From: Actinomycetota bacterium
GTDB lineage: Bacteria > Actinomycetota > Actinomycetes > S36-B12 > FW305-bin1
Reading direction: 5' to 3'
Length of the DNA stretch: 64,000 nt
Assembly (NCBI GenBank): GCA_004297305.1
Contig: SCTR01000007.1
Coordinates: 293,586-357,585 of the forward strand
In this document: piece after piece, positions 47,728-57,194 of the stretch
Position numbering within the stretch: position 1 is the first letter of the stretch
Layout of the letters: each line of letters opens with the position of its first letter
Notes under the pieces: model-generated
Told to the model about the DNA's origin: nothing
Seen by the model: only the letters and a program-made list of their open reading frames with translations
Databases searched by the model: none
Program-made: the position numbers and the translations under genes

Positions 47728-49291
47728 ATGGCTACGACGGGCGCCAGCGATACCGGCAGTTCTGCCGGCACTGCCGCTGCTCCGCACGACCACGGACACA
47801 GTCACCTCGGCCTCGCGCTCGTCGTCATTGCGACGGCGCAGCTCATGGTCATCCTCGACGCGTCGATCGTGAACGTCGCGTTGCCCAGCATCCAGCAGGC
47901 GCTCGACTTCAACTACGAGAATCTGACCTGGGTCATCAACGGTTACACCCTGGCGTTCGGCGGACTGCTGCTGCTCGGTGGCCGCGCCGGCGACCTCTTC
48001 GGGCGCAGGCGGGTCTTCATCGTCGGCGTCCTGCTGTTCAGCTTCGCCTCGCTGCTATGCGGCCTGGCGTGGAACGACACCTCGCTCATCGCCTTCCGCG
48101 CTGCAGGGCGCCGGTGCGGCCATCGCGTCACCCACCGCACTGGCTCTCATCACCACGACGTTCCCCGAGGGTCCGCCGCGCAACCGTGCCTTCGCGGTGT
48201 ACGCCGCGATGTCCGGTGCCGGCGCCGCGATCGGCCTGGTCGCCGGTGGTCTGCTCACCGACTACCTGAACTGGCGCTGGGTGTTCTTCGTGAACGTCCC
48301 CATCGGCCTGTTCATCGCCCTTGTCGCACCTCGCGTCCTCGGCGAATCCCAACCACAGCCGGGCAAGATCGACTACGGCGGCGCCATCGCCGGCACGGCG
48401 AGCCTCACGATCCTCGTGTACGGCATCACTCGGGCCAGCAACCCCGATCAGGGTTGGAGCAACAGCGGGACCATCGCCTGCTTCGTGATCGCTGCGGTGC
48501 TGATGGCGGTGTTCATCTGGATCGAGGCCGTTCATCCGCACCCGATCATGCCGCTGCACATCTTCGCCAACCGCAACCGTTCAGGCTCCTACGCGGTCAT
48601 GCTGATCGTGGTCGCGGCGATGTTCGCGATGTTCTACTTCCTCACGCTGTTCGTGCAAGGCATCCTCGGCTACAGCCCGGTCAAGGCCGGTCTGGCGTTC
48701 CTGCCGTTCACGGTCGGGATCGTGATCGGCGCGGGGCTGGCAAGCAACCTGACGCCGAAGGCGCCGCCGCGGGTCATCGCCGGCGTCGGCATCGTGTTGG
48801 CGATCATCGGGCTGGTCTGGTTCTCCCAGCTCAAGGTCGACTCCGGCTACGTCACCGGTCTGCTGCTGCCGATGCTGTGCATGTCGATCGGCATGGGGCT
48901 GATCTTCGTGTCGCTGACCCTCGCCGGTGTTGCCGGTGTGCGGCACGAAGAGTCCGGTATCGCCTCGGCCGTCCTGAATACCATGCAGCAGGTCGGCGGG
49001 TCGCTCGGTCTGGCCATCCTGGCGACGATCGCGGCCAACGCCACGCTCTCGCAGTTCGCCCAGGCAGAAGCGATCGCCCAGGACGCCCGGGACAGTGCCC
49101 GCGGCGTTCCCGGCGTTCCGATGCCGTCCGGCGATCTGCTGAGCAAGGCGTTCGACGCCCTCACCCACGGCTACACGACAGCGTTCGCCGTCGGGGCGGC
49201 GATGTTCGTGGTGGCCTTGATCATCCTGGTCGTCGCCGTCAACGAGCCCCGGCAGGCGCACGACCCGAGCACGCCGGTGCACGCCGGCTGA
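47728..49291 (+). pseudogene. DHA2 (EmrB/QacA-type, 14-TM) MFS transporter gene with a frameshift at about 48100
   Basis: The N-terminal part (MATTG ... VILDASIVNVALPSIQ ... SLIAFR) is in the frame of track ORF 47458..49413. The remainder (LQGAGAAIASPTALALI ... to stop 49291) is in the frame of ORF 47978..49291. At 48097-48103 cgc-g-ctg reads as if 2 nt of an Ala codon are missing. The total length of 1564 nt is not a multiple of 3. Confidence 0.75.
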
Positions 49292-49400
49292 GTGCACGTC
49301 CCCGGACCGCGATCCGCGATCAGCGATCCATGCAGCATCCGTACGGCCCCGAGCCACTGGCGTCCGCCACCCGGCCCGGGGCCGTACGGCGTCCCGTAGC

Positions 49401-50087
49401 GTGCCGCAGGTGATCGCGCCGCCCCGTCGTCCTGCCGCAGTGCTGTGGGACATGGACGGGCTGCTGGTGGAGACCGAATCGCTGTGGCTGGCCGGGGAGA
49501 CCCGGACGATGGCGGCGTACGGCCTCCCGTGGACGCCAGCGGACCAGGCCCGCTGCCTCGGGGGACCGCTGCACCGCGTCGGCGCGTACATGGCCGACCG
49601 GATCGGCGGGGCTGCCGCGGCGACCGACCTCGTCGCCGACCTCGTCGGCCACATGACCGCTCTGCTGTCCGACAGGCCCGTCCAGTGGCAACCCGGGGCC
49701 CGCCGGTTGCTGGAAGAACTGCAGGACGCCGGCGTGCCGTGCGCGCTGGCCTCGGCGTCACCCCGGGTGCTCGTCGACGCGGTACTGGCCGATCTCGGCA
49801 CGGGGTGGTTCGGCGCGACTGTGTCGTCCGACGACGTCGAACGGACCAAGCCGCACCCGGAGCCCTACCAGCGGGCCGCCACAGAACTGGGGGTCGAGCC
49901 GGCCGACTGCGTGGTTCTCGAAGACTCCCCGACGGGTGTCGCCGCCGGCCTCGCCGCCGGGGCGTACGTCGTCGCGGTGCCACACCTGGTCGCGATCCCG
50001 GCCGGCCCACGGACCCGCGTCGTCGCGTCGCTGCGCGACGTCACGCTCGACCAGCTCAGCGCCTGGGCGCTGGCCGCCGCCGCCTGA
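49401..50087 (+). CDS. HAD family hydrolase (subfamily IA, phosphatase/beta-PGM-like)
   Basis: 228 aa. Motif I AVLWDMDGLLVETE and motif IV VLEDSPTGVAAGLAAG. Confidence 0.8.
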   Translation: MPQVIAPPRRPAAVLWDMDGLLVETESLWLAGETRTMAAYGLPWTPADQARCLGGPLHRVGAYMADRIGGAAAATDLVADLVGHMTALLSDRPVQWQPGARRLLEELQDAGVPCALASASPRVLVDAVLADLGTGWFGATVSSDDVERTKPHPEPYQRAATELGVEPADCVVLEDSPTGVAAGLAAGAYVVAVPHLVAIPAGPRTRVVASLRDVTLDQLSAWALAAAA

Positions 50088-50156
50088 AGCAGCGCGCTGC
50101 TGCTGAATCCGGGCCGAGACGGCCGGACGAAGCCTGCGCAACGCCACCCGCAGCGC

Positions 50157-50272
50157 CCTGCATCTCAGCCACCCCAACGTGGCGGGGCCTGCATTGGGCC
50201 GCCGCGACATAACGCGCCCTGCATTGAGCCGCAACATGACGCGTTCTGCATTGAGCCGCAACATGACGCGCC
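50157..50272. repeat. 27-31-bp x4 tandem repeat between the convergent HAD and FtsX genes
   Basis: Units begin cctgcat(c/t). The last two copies, ctgcattgagccgcaacatgacgcg, are identical over 25 nt. Confidence 0.8.
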
Positions 50273-50282
50273 CGACCGCGAA

Positions 50283-52823
50283 CTACTCGACGGCGATGGC
50301 CCGCAGCACGTCCAGCCGCGCCGCTCTGATCGCCGGCCAAACCGAGGCGATGACACCGCCGATCGCCCCGACCAGGACGAACCCGACGAGCTGGCCGACC
50401 GGCACCGCCAGTTCCGTGATGCCCTGCGGCGCCAGGACACGCTGCAGCAGCACGCCGTACGCCAGACCGGTGCCGACGCCGAGCACGGCGCCGAAGACCC
50501 CCAGCAGCACGGACTCCTCCGTGATCATCAGGGCCACCTGCCGCCGACTGGTACCGACCGCCCGCAGCAGTCCCAGCTCACGGGTGCGCTCGACGACGCT
50601 GAGCAGCAGCGTGTTCACGATGCCAAGTACGGCGATGACGACGGCGAGCGCCAGCAGGGCCAGCACGAAGTTGAGCACCGCGTCGACCGAGCCGCGGATG
50701 TCCTCTTTGACCTGCGCCTGGTCCTGGACCTGGACCGCCGGGAAGTCCGTCAGCCGTCGCTGTAGCTCGGCGCGCAGTGCTGCCACGTCCGCTCCCGGCG
50801 CCGCACGCACGTACACCGCGGAGTCCTCCTCAAGCGTTCCCACCGCGGTGATCGTCGGCACCGAGGTGATGAAACCGCGGAAGGGCCCGGCGGGCTCGTA
50901 GACCGCCTGCAGCCGTAGCTGTCCGGCGCCGTTGGGGAAGGTGAGCGGGACCACCTGCCCGACCCGGTACCCGTTGTTGGCGGCCGTCGTACTGTCGACC
51001 GCGGCGCCGCCAAGCCCCAGCCCCTCCAGCCTCCCGGTCGTGAAGTCCAGATCGATGACGGCGGCGAGCTGCGCCGGGTCCGACCCGGTGACCGGCACCC
51101 GGTCGCCGCTGCCGGTCCGGGCCACCGTCTGCCGCGCGAACGCGACCGCGCGAGTATTCGGACTGTCCCGGATCGCCTCGAACACGTTGTGGGAGAACGG
51201 CCGGAAGCCCGGCCCGAAGACGACGAAGTCGGCGCCGATCGTGTCGTCGATGACCCGGTCGGTCGACGCCGAGGTCGACGCCGCGATCACCCCGATCGCA
51301 GTCATCAGCCCGAGCCCGATCATCAGGGCGCTCGCCGTGGCGGCGGTACGGCGCGGGTTGCGGCGGCCGTTCTCGCGAGCCAGCCGACCTACGATGCCGC
51401 CGAACACGGCGCCCAGCACCCGCAGCGCCGGCCGTGCCAGCACCGGGGCAAGCACCACCAGGCCGAGGACGCCGAAGAATGCCGACAGCCCGGCGACACC
51501 GGCGGCGCGCTCCGGATCGTCGAGCACGCCCAGCGAGCGCCACGCGACGACAACGGCGGTCAGCACGAGGACGGTGCCGGCCACGGCCCGAACCCGCAAC
51601 GAGCGCACCGGCAACGCGACGTCGTCCCGCAACGCGGCCACCGGCGGGATCGTGCCGGCTCGCCGTGACGGCAGCCACGCCGCGACCAAGGTCACCCCGA
51701 CGCCGACCAGGTACACCACGACGACGGTGCGCGGCAGCAGCTGCAGGCCGCCGGGCGGCAGATCGACGCCGACCGCGTCGAACAGCCGCCGCAGCAGCAA
51801 CGCCAGTCCGAGCCCGGCGGCCAACCCGGCGGTCGACGCCAGCACGGCCATCACGGCCGCCTCCAGCAGGACCGAGGTGCGGACCTGCCGGCGCGAGGCG
51901 CCGAGGGCACGCAGCAGAGCCAGTTCCCTGGTGCGCGCGGCCACCAGCATGGAGAACGTGTTGAAGATGAGGAAACCGGCGACGAACAGGGCGATCAGCG
52001 CGAACACGAGCAGGAACGTCGTCACGAAGCCCAACGCGGTCCCGAGCCGTTCGGCGACGTCATCGGTGAGTTGCTGACCGGTGGTGGTCCGGATCTGCGG
52101 ACCGACGACTGCGTCGATCCGCCGTTCCAATTCCGGCTGGCTGACGCCGGGCGCGGCGACCGCCAGCACCTGGCTGAGCCGGCCCGGCGCGAGCAACTGC
52201 GCCTGTGCGCCGGCCAGGCTGAACACCACGGTCGTGCCGCCGCCGAAACTGGCCGAGACCGCTTCCTGACCGATCCCGACGACCGTGACGTCGACCGCGC
52301 GGCCACCGCTGCGTGGGGTGACCAGCTGCAACCGCTCACCGACGCCGACCCCGGCCCGCTGCGCGGTCGACACTCCGAGGACCACCTCGTCCGGCGTCAC
52401 CGGCTCGCGGCCGTCGACCAGCGTCAGGGCTCGCAGGGCGGGATCGGCGATCCAGGAACTGCCGCGGGTGGACGGGTCCGGTCCGGTGACCGGCCGCCCG
52501 CTGCGATCCAGTACGACCGCGCCGTCGGCGGACACCACGCCGGTCGCGGCGGCCACACCGGGCACCGCGGCCACCGTCGCCAGGATCGACTCGTCGAGTG
52601 CCTGGCTCGGGTCGCTGTCGGTACGGCGGGTTTCCAGGGGTTGCTCCCGGCTGACCACGACGTCGGCGCTGCGGACCACGAACAGCTGGTCGAACGCGTG
52701 CTGCAGAGAATCGGTGAAGACGTATGTGCCCGCGACGAATCCGACGCCCAGCACGACGGCCAGGCCGGTGAGCATCAGCCGGAGTTTGTGGGCGACAAGG
52801 GTTCGCAGTGAGGTACGGAACAT
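50283..52823 (-). CDS. ABC transporter permease, FtsX-like (two FtsX domains, MacB-type)
   Basis: 846 aa. N-terminal TM plus large extracytoplasmic domain plus 3 TM, duplicated. Sits next to its ATPase gene. Confidence 0.85.
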   Translation of the reverse strand: MFRTSLRTLVAHKLRLMLTGLAVVLGVGFVAGTYVFTDSLQHAFDQLFVVRSADVVVSREQPLETRRTDSDPSQALDESILATVAAVPGVAAATGVVSADGAVVLDRSGRPVTGPDPSTRGSSWIADPALRALTLVDGREPVTPDEVVLGVSTAQRAGVGVGERLQLVTPRSGGRAVDVTVVGIGQEAVSASFGGGTTVVFSLAGAQAQLLAPGRLSQVLAVAAPGVSQPELERRIDAVVGPQIRTTTGQQLTDDVAERLGTALGFVTTFLLVFALIALFVAGFLIFNTFSMLVAARTRELALLRALGASRRQVRTSVLLEAAVMAVLASTAGLAAGLGLALLLRRLFDAVGVDLPPGGLQLLPRTVVVVYLVGVGVTLVAAWLPSRRAGTIPPVAALRDDVALPVRSLRVRAVAGTVLVLTAVVVAWRSLGVLDDPERAAGVAGLSAFFGVLGLVVLAPVLARPALRVLGAVFGGIVGRLARENGRRNPRRTAATASALMIGLGLMTAIGVIAASTSASTDRVIDDTIGADFVVFGPGFRPFSHNVFEAIRDSPNTRAVAFARQTVARTGSGDRVPVTGSDPAQLAAVIDLDFTTGRLEGLGLGGAAVDSTTAANNGYRVGQVVPLTFPNGAGQLRLQAVYEPAGPFRGFITSVPTITAVGTLEEDSAVYVRAAPGADVAALRAELQRRLTDFPAVQVQDQAQVKEDIRGSVDAVLNFVLALLALAVVIAVLGIVNTLLLSVVERTRELGLLRAVGTSRRQVALMITEESVLLGVFGAVLGVGTGLAYGVLLQRVLAPQGITELAVPVGQLVGFVLVGAIGGVIASVWPAIRAARLDVLRAIAVE

Positions 52824-52831
52824 CGGCGGCC

Positions 52832-53605
52832 TCAGGCCGGGGCGGGTGAATCGAAACCGCGCATCCGTTCCAGGACCCGCTCAGCAGTCGGGGCGGCCAG
52901 GGTGTCGACCACCTGACCGTCGGCGAGGAACACCACGAGATCGGCGTACGACGCTGCGCCCGGGTCGTGCGTCACCATCACGATGGTCTGGCCGAACTGA
53001 TCCACACTGGCCCGGAGGAACCGCAATACCTCGGCGCCGGACCGGCTGTCGAGATTGCCGGTGGGCTCGTCGGCGAACACGATCTGTGGTCGGCTCGCCA
53101 GCGCGCGGGCGCAGGCCACGCGTTGCTGCTGGCCGCCGGACAGCTCGCTGGGTCGGTGACGGAGTCGGTCTCGCAGTCCCACGGTGTCGATGACCGTGTC
53201 CAACCACGCCGGGTCGGCGGAACGGCCGGCGATGTCGAGCGGCAGCGTGATGTTCTCCAGCGCCGAGAGCGTCGGCACGAGATTGAATGACTGGAAGACG
53301 AAGCCGATGCGGTCGCGTCGCAGCGTGGTGAGCGCGCGATCCGACAGCCCGCGCAGGGCCACGTCGCCGATGTGGACCTCGCCGGCGGTGATCGAATCGA
53401 GCCCGGCCAGGCAATGCATCAGCGTCGACTTGCCCGAACCGGACGGCCCCATGATCGCCGTGTAGCGACCCGCCGCCACGTCGAGGTCGACGTTGTCGAG
53501 TGCGACGACCCGGGTCTCACCGCGGCCGTAGACCTTCGTCAGTCCTCGCGCCCGGGCCGCTGGCAGGACAGGGTCGAGCGCGGCAGACTCGACAGCGGCG
53601 GGCAC
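52832..53605 (-). CDS. ABC transporter ATP-binding protein (MacB/LolD-type)
   Basis: 257 aa. Walker [11 protein letters not shown], signature [15 protein letters not shown], Walker [13 protein letters not shown]. Confidence 0.9.
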   Translation of the reverse strand: MPAAVESAALDPVLPAARARGLTKVYGRGETRVVALDNVDLDVAAGRYTAIMGPSGSGKSTLMHCLAGLDSITAGEVHIGDVALRGLSDRALTTLRRDRIGFVFQSFNLVPTLSALENITLPLDIAGRSADPAWLDTVIDTVGLRDRLRHRPSELSGGQQQRVACARALASRPQIVFADEPTGNLDSRSGAEVLRFLRASVDQFGQTIVMVTHDPGAASYADLVVFLADGQVVDTLAAPTAERVLERMRGFDSPAPA

Positions 53606-53676
53606 CGCCCCACGCTAACCCGGCAATCGCCGCTCTAACCCGGCCAACCTCCGACGCCGCCCCTGCTCGACGCGCC

Positions 53677-53786
53677 CTACCCGACCCTTCCTACCCGACG
53701 CCGCGCCTACTCGACGCGCCCGCCACCTGACGGCGCCCTACTCGACGCGCCCGCTACTCGACGCGCCCGCTACCCGACGCCGCCCG
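53677..53786. repeat. degenerate 16-bp array CTACYCGACGCGCCCG spanning the recB-like stop codon
   Basis: Perfect pair ctactcgacgcgcccg at 53738-53753 and 53754-53769. Degenerate copies lie upstream, and ctacccgacgccgcccg (53770-53786) encodes the gene end. Confidence 0.8.
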
Positions 53787-54852
53787 ATGCCCGTTCCACA
53801 GCACGCAACGTCAGTACGTCGTCGGCAGACAGCACGTCCGTCGTCGTCACCGACGGCAGATCCGGGGGAGTACCGCCGAACGCCGGACAGTGCGCCTGGT
53901 GGTCGCACCACGAACACAGTCGCGACGGGCTCGGGCGCCAATCGCCGGTCCGCATGGACCGTTCGATCGCGGCCCAGATCGCGTCGAGCTTGCGTTCGGT
54001 CGCTCGAAGCTCCGCTTCGTCGGGGGCGTATCGCAACACCTCGCCGCTGCCCAGGTACAGCAGCTGCAGCATCCGGGGCACCCGGCCGGTCGTCCGCCAC
54101 AGCGCCAAGCCGTAGACACGCATCTGGAACATGGCCTTGGCCTCGAAGCCCTGCCCCGGCGCGCGTCCGGTCTTGTAGTCCACGACCCGCAGCTCACCGG
54201 ACGGCGCCACGTCGAGCCGGTCGACGAAACCGCGCAGGACCAGGCCGGATTCCAGCTCGATCTCGACCCGCATCTCCCGTTCGGCCGGCTCCAGCCTGGT
54301 CGGGTCCTCCAGCTCGAAGTACGTCGTCAGCAGCGGGGCCATGGAGTCCAGCCAGTCCCGCAACTCCGCTGCGCCCCCGGCAGACTCGCCCCCGGCAGAG
54401 TCGCCACCGCCCGCATCGCCGGCGGCGCGCTCGCCACCGGCAGGACCGCCCCCGCCCGCGTCACTCCCGCCCGACTCATCGTCGGCGGCGACCGGCGTAC
54501 GGCGCACCGCGGGGTCGGCGAACAACAGTTCGGCGAGATCGGGCTGCTCGGCGGCGACCCGCTCCCAGGCCTGGGGCACCAGGTCGATCGCCCGTTGCAG
54601 GGTCCGGTCGGCCGGCGGCAGGTCGAACAGCGACTCGAGCACGGCGTGCACCACCGTGCCCCGGACCGCGGCCGGACTGGGCCGCTCCGGCAGCCGGTCG
54701 ACGACCCGAAACCGGTACAGCAGTGGGCAGGTCATGAAGTCACTGGCCCGCGACGGCGACAACGACTGGGCCGGCGATGGGCTGGCCCACTGCGTCGGAC
54801 TCGGCGACTGCACTGGCACGCGGCCAGCGTAGGACGGCGGTACGACACCCAC
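53770..54852 (-). CDS. RecB family exonuclease (PD-(D/E)XK nuclease with C-terminal Cys cluster)
   Basis: LSPSRASDFMTCPLLYRFRVVDRLPE N-terminal motif, VDYKTGR, and C-terminal CSWCDHQAHCPAF. The start is uncertain (54813-54852) and lies inside a tandem repeat. Confidence 0.75.
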   Translation of the reverse strand: MGVVPPSYAGRVPVQSPSPTQWASPSPAQSLSPSRASDFMTCPLLYRFRVVDRLPERPSPAAVRGTVVHAVLESLFDLPPADRTLQRAIDLVPQAWERVAAEQPDLAELLFADPAVRRTPVAADDESGGSDAGGGGPAGGERAAGDAGGGDSAGGESAGGAAELRDWLDSMAPLLTTYFELEDPTRLEPAEREMRVEIELESGLVLRGFVDRLDVAPSGELRVVDYKTGRAPGQGFEAKAMFQMRVYGLALWRTTGRVPRMLQLLYLGSGEVLRYAPDEAELRATERKLDAIWAAIERSMRTGDWRPSPSRLCSWCDHQAHCPAFGGTPPDLPSVTTTDVLSADDVLTLRAVERASGGVG

Positions 54853-54888
54853 GCCCTACGACACCCACGCCCTACGACACCCATGCAC
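54841..54888. repeat. 16-bp x3 tandem repeat in the recB-like / M50 divergent region
   Basis: tacgacacccacgccc x2, then tacgacacccatgcac. Weaker copies continue to about 54935. Confidence 0.9.
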
Positions 54889-54966
54889 CACGAGACCACG
54901 ACCCGCACGACAGCAGCGCCGTACGACACCAACGCCGGTGCCCGCCGCGGCCCGTAGCCTGGCGGG

Positions 54967-56130
54967 ATGAGTGAGGGGTACGCCGGCGGGCGCGGCCCGT
55001 TGCTGCGGTTGTGGGGAGTACCCGTCCACGTTCCCGCCAGCGGTGTGGTCGGCGTCGCCCTGATCGCCGTGCTGTGGGCGCCGAACTTCGTGCTCAGCGG
55101 CGCACCGGCCAGCCAGCAGTACGCGCTGGCCGTGATTTTCGCCGTCCTGCTGTACCTGTCGATCCTGCTGCACGAAGCCGCTCACGCCTTCGCTGCTCGT
55201 GCGTTCGGCTACCCCGTCACCAAGATCGTGCTGTGGGTCCTCGGCGGCTTCACCCAGTACGAACGGGCTCGTCCCGCACCGGGCAAGGAGGCGGCGATCG
55301 CCGCAGCCGGCCCCCTGACGACCCTCGCCGTGGCCGGGCTGGCCTATCTGGCACTGGCCGCGACCGGCGATTCCCTAGACGTCCGAGCCGTCGTCGTCCT
55401 GGAGGCTCTGGCCTGGGGCAACGCGTTCATGGGCCTGTACAACCTGCTGCCTGGCCTCCCGCTCGACGGCGGGGCGGTGCTCCGCAGCGCTGTGTGGGCG
55501 CTGACGGGCTCGGAGAACCGGGGCGCCGTCGTGGCCGGCTGGGCCGGCCGCGGTCTGGCGGTACTGATGATCGTCACGCCGTTCGCTCTCGCGTTCGCTC
55601 GCGATGTGCGACCCTCACTCGGCCTCGTCGTCGTCGCCGCGATCTTCGCGGCGTTCCTGTGGACCGGGGCGTCGGACGCCCTGCGGCGGGCGCGCGTCAA
55701 CCGCCACATTCCGGGCCTGTCGGCACGGCGGCTCGCGCGCCGCGCAGTCAACGTCGATGCTGACCTGCCGCTGGCCGAGGCGATACGCCGGATGACCGCA
55801 GCGGGCGCGAGGTCGATCGTCGTCGTCGACCGGGATGGGCGCCCGATCGGCGTGGGGGAGGACGCCGCGATCGCCGCGGTACCGCCGGCCCGGCAGCCCT
55901 GGCTGGCGGTCTCGGCAGTCGCCCGTACGTTGCACCCCACCGCCGTCCTGCCCGCGTCGCTGACCGGCTACGACCTGGTCGAGGCCGTCACCGCCCATCC
56001 GGCCACCGAGTACCTCGTCGTCGACGACGAAGCGGAACAGGCCGCGGTCGCCGGCTCGCGCCAGGTCGTCGGCGTACTCACCACGGCCGACGTCGAGAAC
56101 GAACTGCGCACCGGTCCGCACGACGAGTGA
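54967..56130 (+). CDS. site-2 protease (M50) family protein with C-terminal CBS pair
   Basis: 387 aa. HExxH as LLHEAAHAFAA in a TM helix, a later LPGLPLDGG motif, and a CBS-like C-terminal half. Confidence 0.8.
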   Translation: MSEGYAGGRGPLLRLWGVPVHVPASGVVGVALIAVLWAPNFVLSGAPASQQYALAVIFAVLLYLSILLHEAAHAFAARAFGYPVTKIVLWVLGGFTQYERARPAPGKEAAIAAAGPLTTLAVAGLAYLALAATGDSLDVRAVVVLEALAWGNAFMGLYNLLPGLPLDGGAVLRSAVWALTGSENRGAVVAGWAGRGLAVLMIVTPFALAFARDVRPSLGLVVVAAIFAAFLWTGASDALRRARVNRHIPGLSARRLARRAVNVDADLPLAEAIRRMTAAGARSIVVVDRDGRPIGVGEDAAIAAVPPARQPWLAVSAVARTLHPTAVLPASLTGYDLVEAVTAHPATEYLVVDDEAEQAAVAGSRQVVGVLTTADVENELRTGPHDE

Positions 56131-56279
56131 CGGCGGTCCGCCCGCAGCCCGGCGACACCGGTCCAACGGCCGGTCCGCGCGGCGAGTGACGGCTGTCCAC
56201 TGGCGGCGCACGCTGTGGTCCGACGTCCCGCCGATTCGCCGGCAGGAACGCCGTATGAACCGCACTAGCCTCTGCGGTC

Positions 56280-57161
56280 GTGACGACCCCCTTGGCGCAG
56301 CATGGCCGCGGACCCTTCCGGCCCGGTGACCTCGTCCAGCTCACCGATCCGAAGGGCCGGATGCACACGATCACGCTGGAGGCGGGCCGGACGTTCCACA
56401 CCCACCGGGGCGCGCTGGATCACGACGAGCTGATCGGATCCGACGAAGGCGTCGTGGTGGTGTCCACCGGGGCGACGCCGTACCTCGCGCTTCGCCCGCT
56501 GCTGCAGGACTTCGTCCTGTCGATGCCGCGCGGTGCGACGGTGGTCTATCCCAAGGACGCCGCCCGCATCGTCGGCCTCGCCGATCTGTTCCCCGGCGCC
56601 CGCGTGGTCGAGGCCGGTGCCGGCTCCGGCGCGCTGACGTGTTCGCTGCTGCGCGCCGTCGGCGACGAGGGCTCGGTGACCTCGTACGAGCGCCGCCCCG
56701 AGTTCGCGGCAGTCGCCCGCCGCAACGTCGCGCGATGGTTCGGCGGCGACCCTGCCTCGTGGGAGTTGCGGGAGGACGACCTGCAGGCCGCACAGCCGCC
56801 GGCGGCCGACGCGGTGATCCTGGACATGCTCGCGCCGTGGGAGTGCCTGGACGCGGCGGCCGCGGCACTGGTGCCCGGGGGAGTCCTGGTCGTGTACGTC
56901 GCGACCACCACGCAGCTGTCGCGAACCGCCGAGGCCGTCCGTTCCGATGGTCGCTGGACCGAGTGCCGGGCGGAGGAGAGCCTGGTGCGGACCTGGCACC
57001 TGGAAGGGCTTGCCGTACGGCCGGATCACCGGATGATCGGGCACACCGGCTTCCTGCTCACTACTCGCCGGCTGGCCCCCGGCACCGTGCTGCCGGCCCG
57101 CCGGACGCGCCCGGCGAAGGGGGCCTACCCGGATGCGGACCCGGTGGCCGGGACTTCCTAG
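56280..57161 (+). CDS. trmI: tRNA (adenine(58)-N1)-methyltransferase TrmI
   Basis: 293 aa. FRPGDLVQLTDPKGRMHTITL N-terminal domain and SAM motif VVEAGAGSGALT. Canonical position upstream of mpa. Confidence 0.85.
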   Translation: MTTPLAQHGRGPFRPGDLVQLTDPKGRMHTITLEAGRTFHTHRGALDHDELIGSDEGVVVVSTGATPYLALRPLLQDFVLSMPRGATVVYPKDAARIVGLADLFPGARVVEAGAGSGALTCSLLRAVGDEGSVTSYERRPEFAAVARRNVARWFGGDPASWELREDDLQAAQPPAADAVILDMLAPWECLDAAAAALVPGGVLVVYVATTTQLSRTAEAVRSDGRWTECRAEESLVRTWHLEGLAVRPDHRMIGHTGFLLTTRRLAPGTVLPARRTRPAKGAYPDADPVAGTS

Positions 57162-57194
57162 GTAGGGTCGTCGAAAGCCCCGGGAGGTGAGCCC

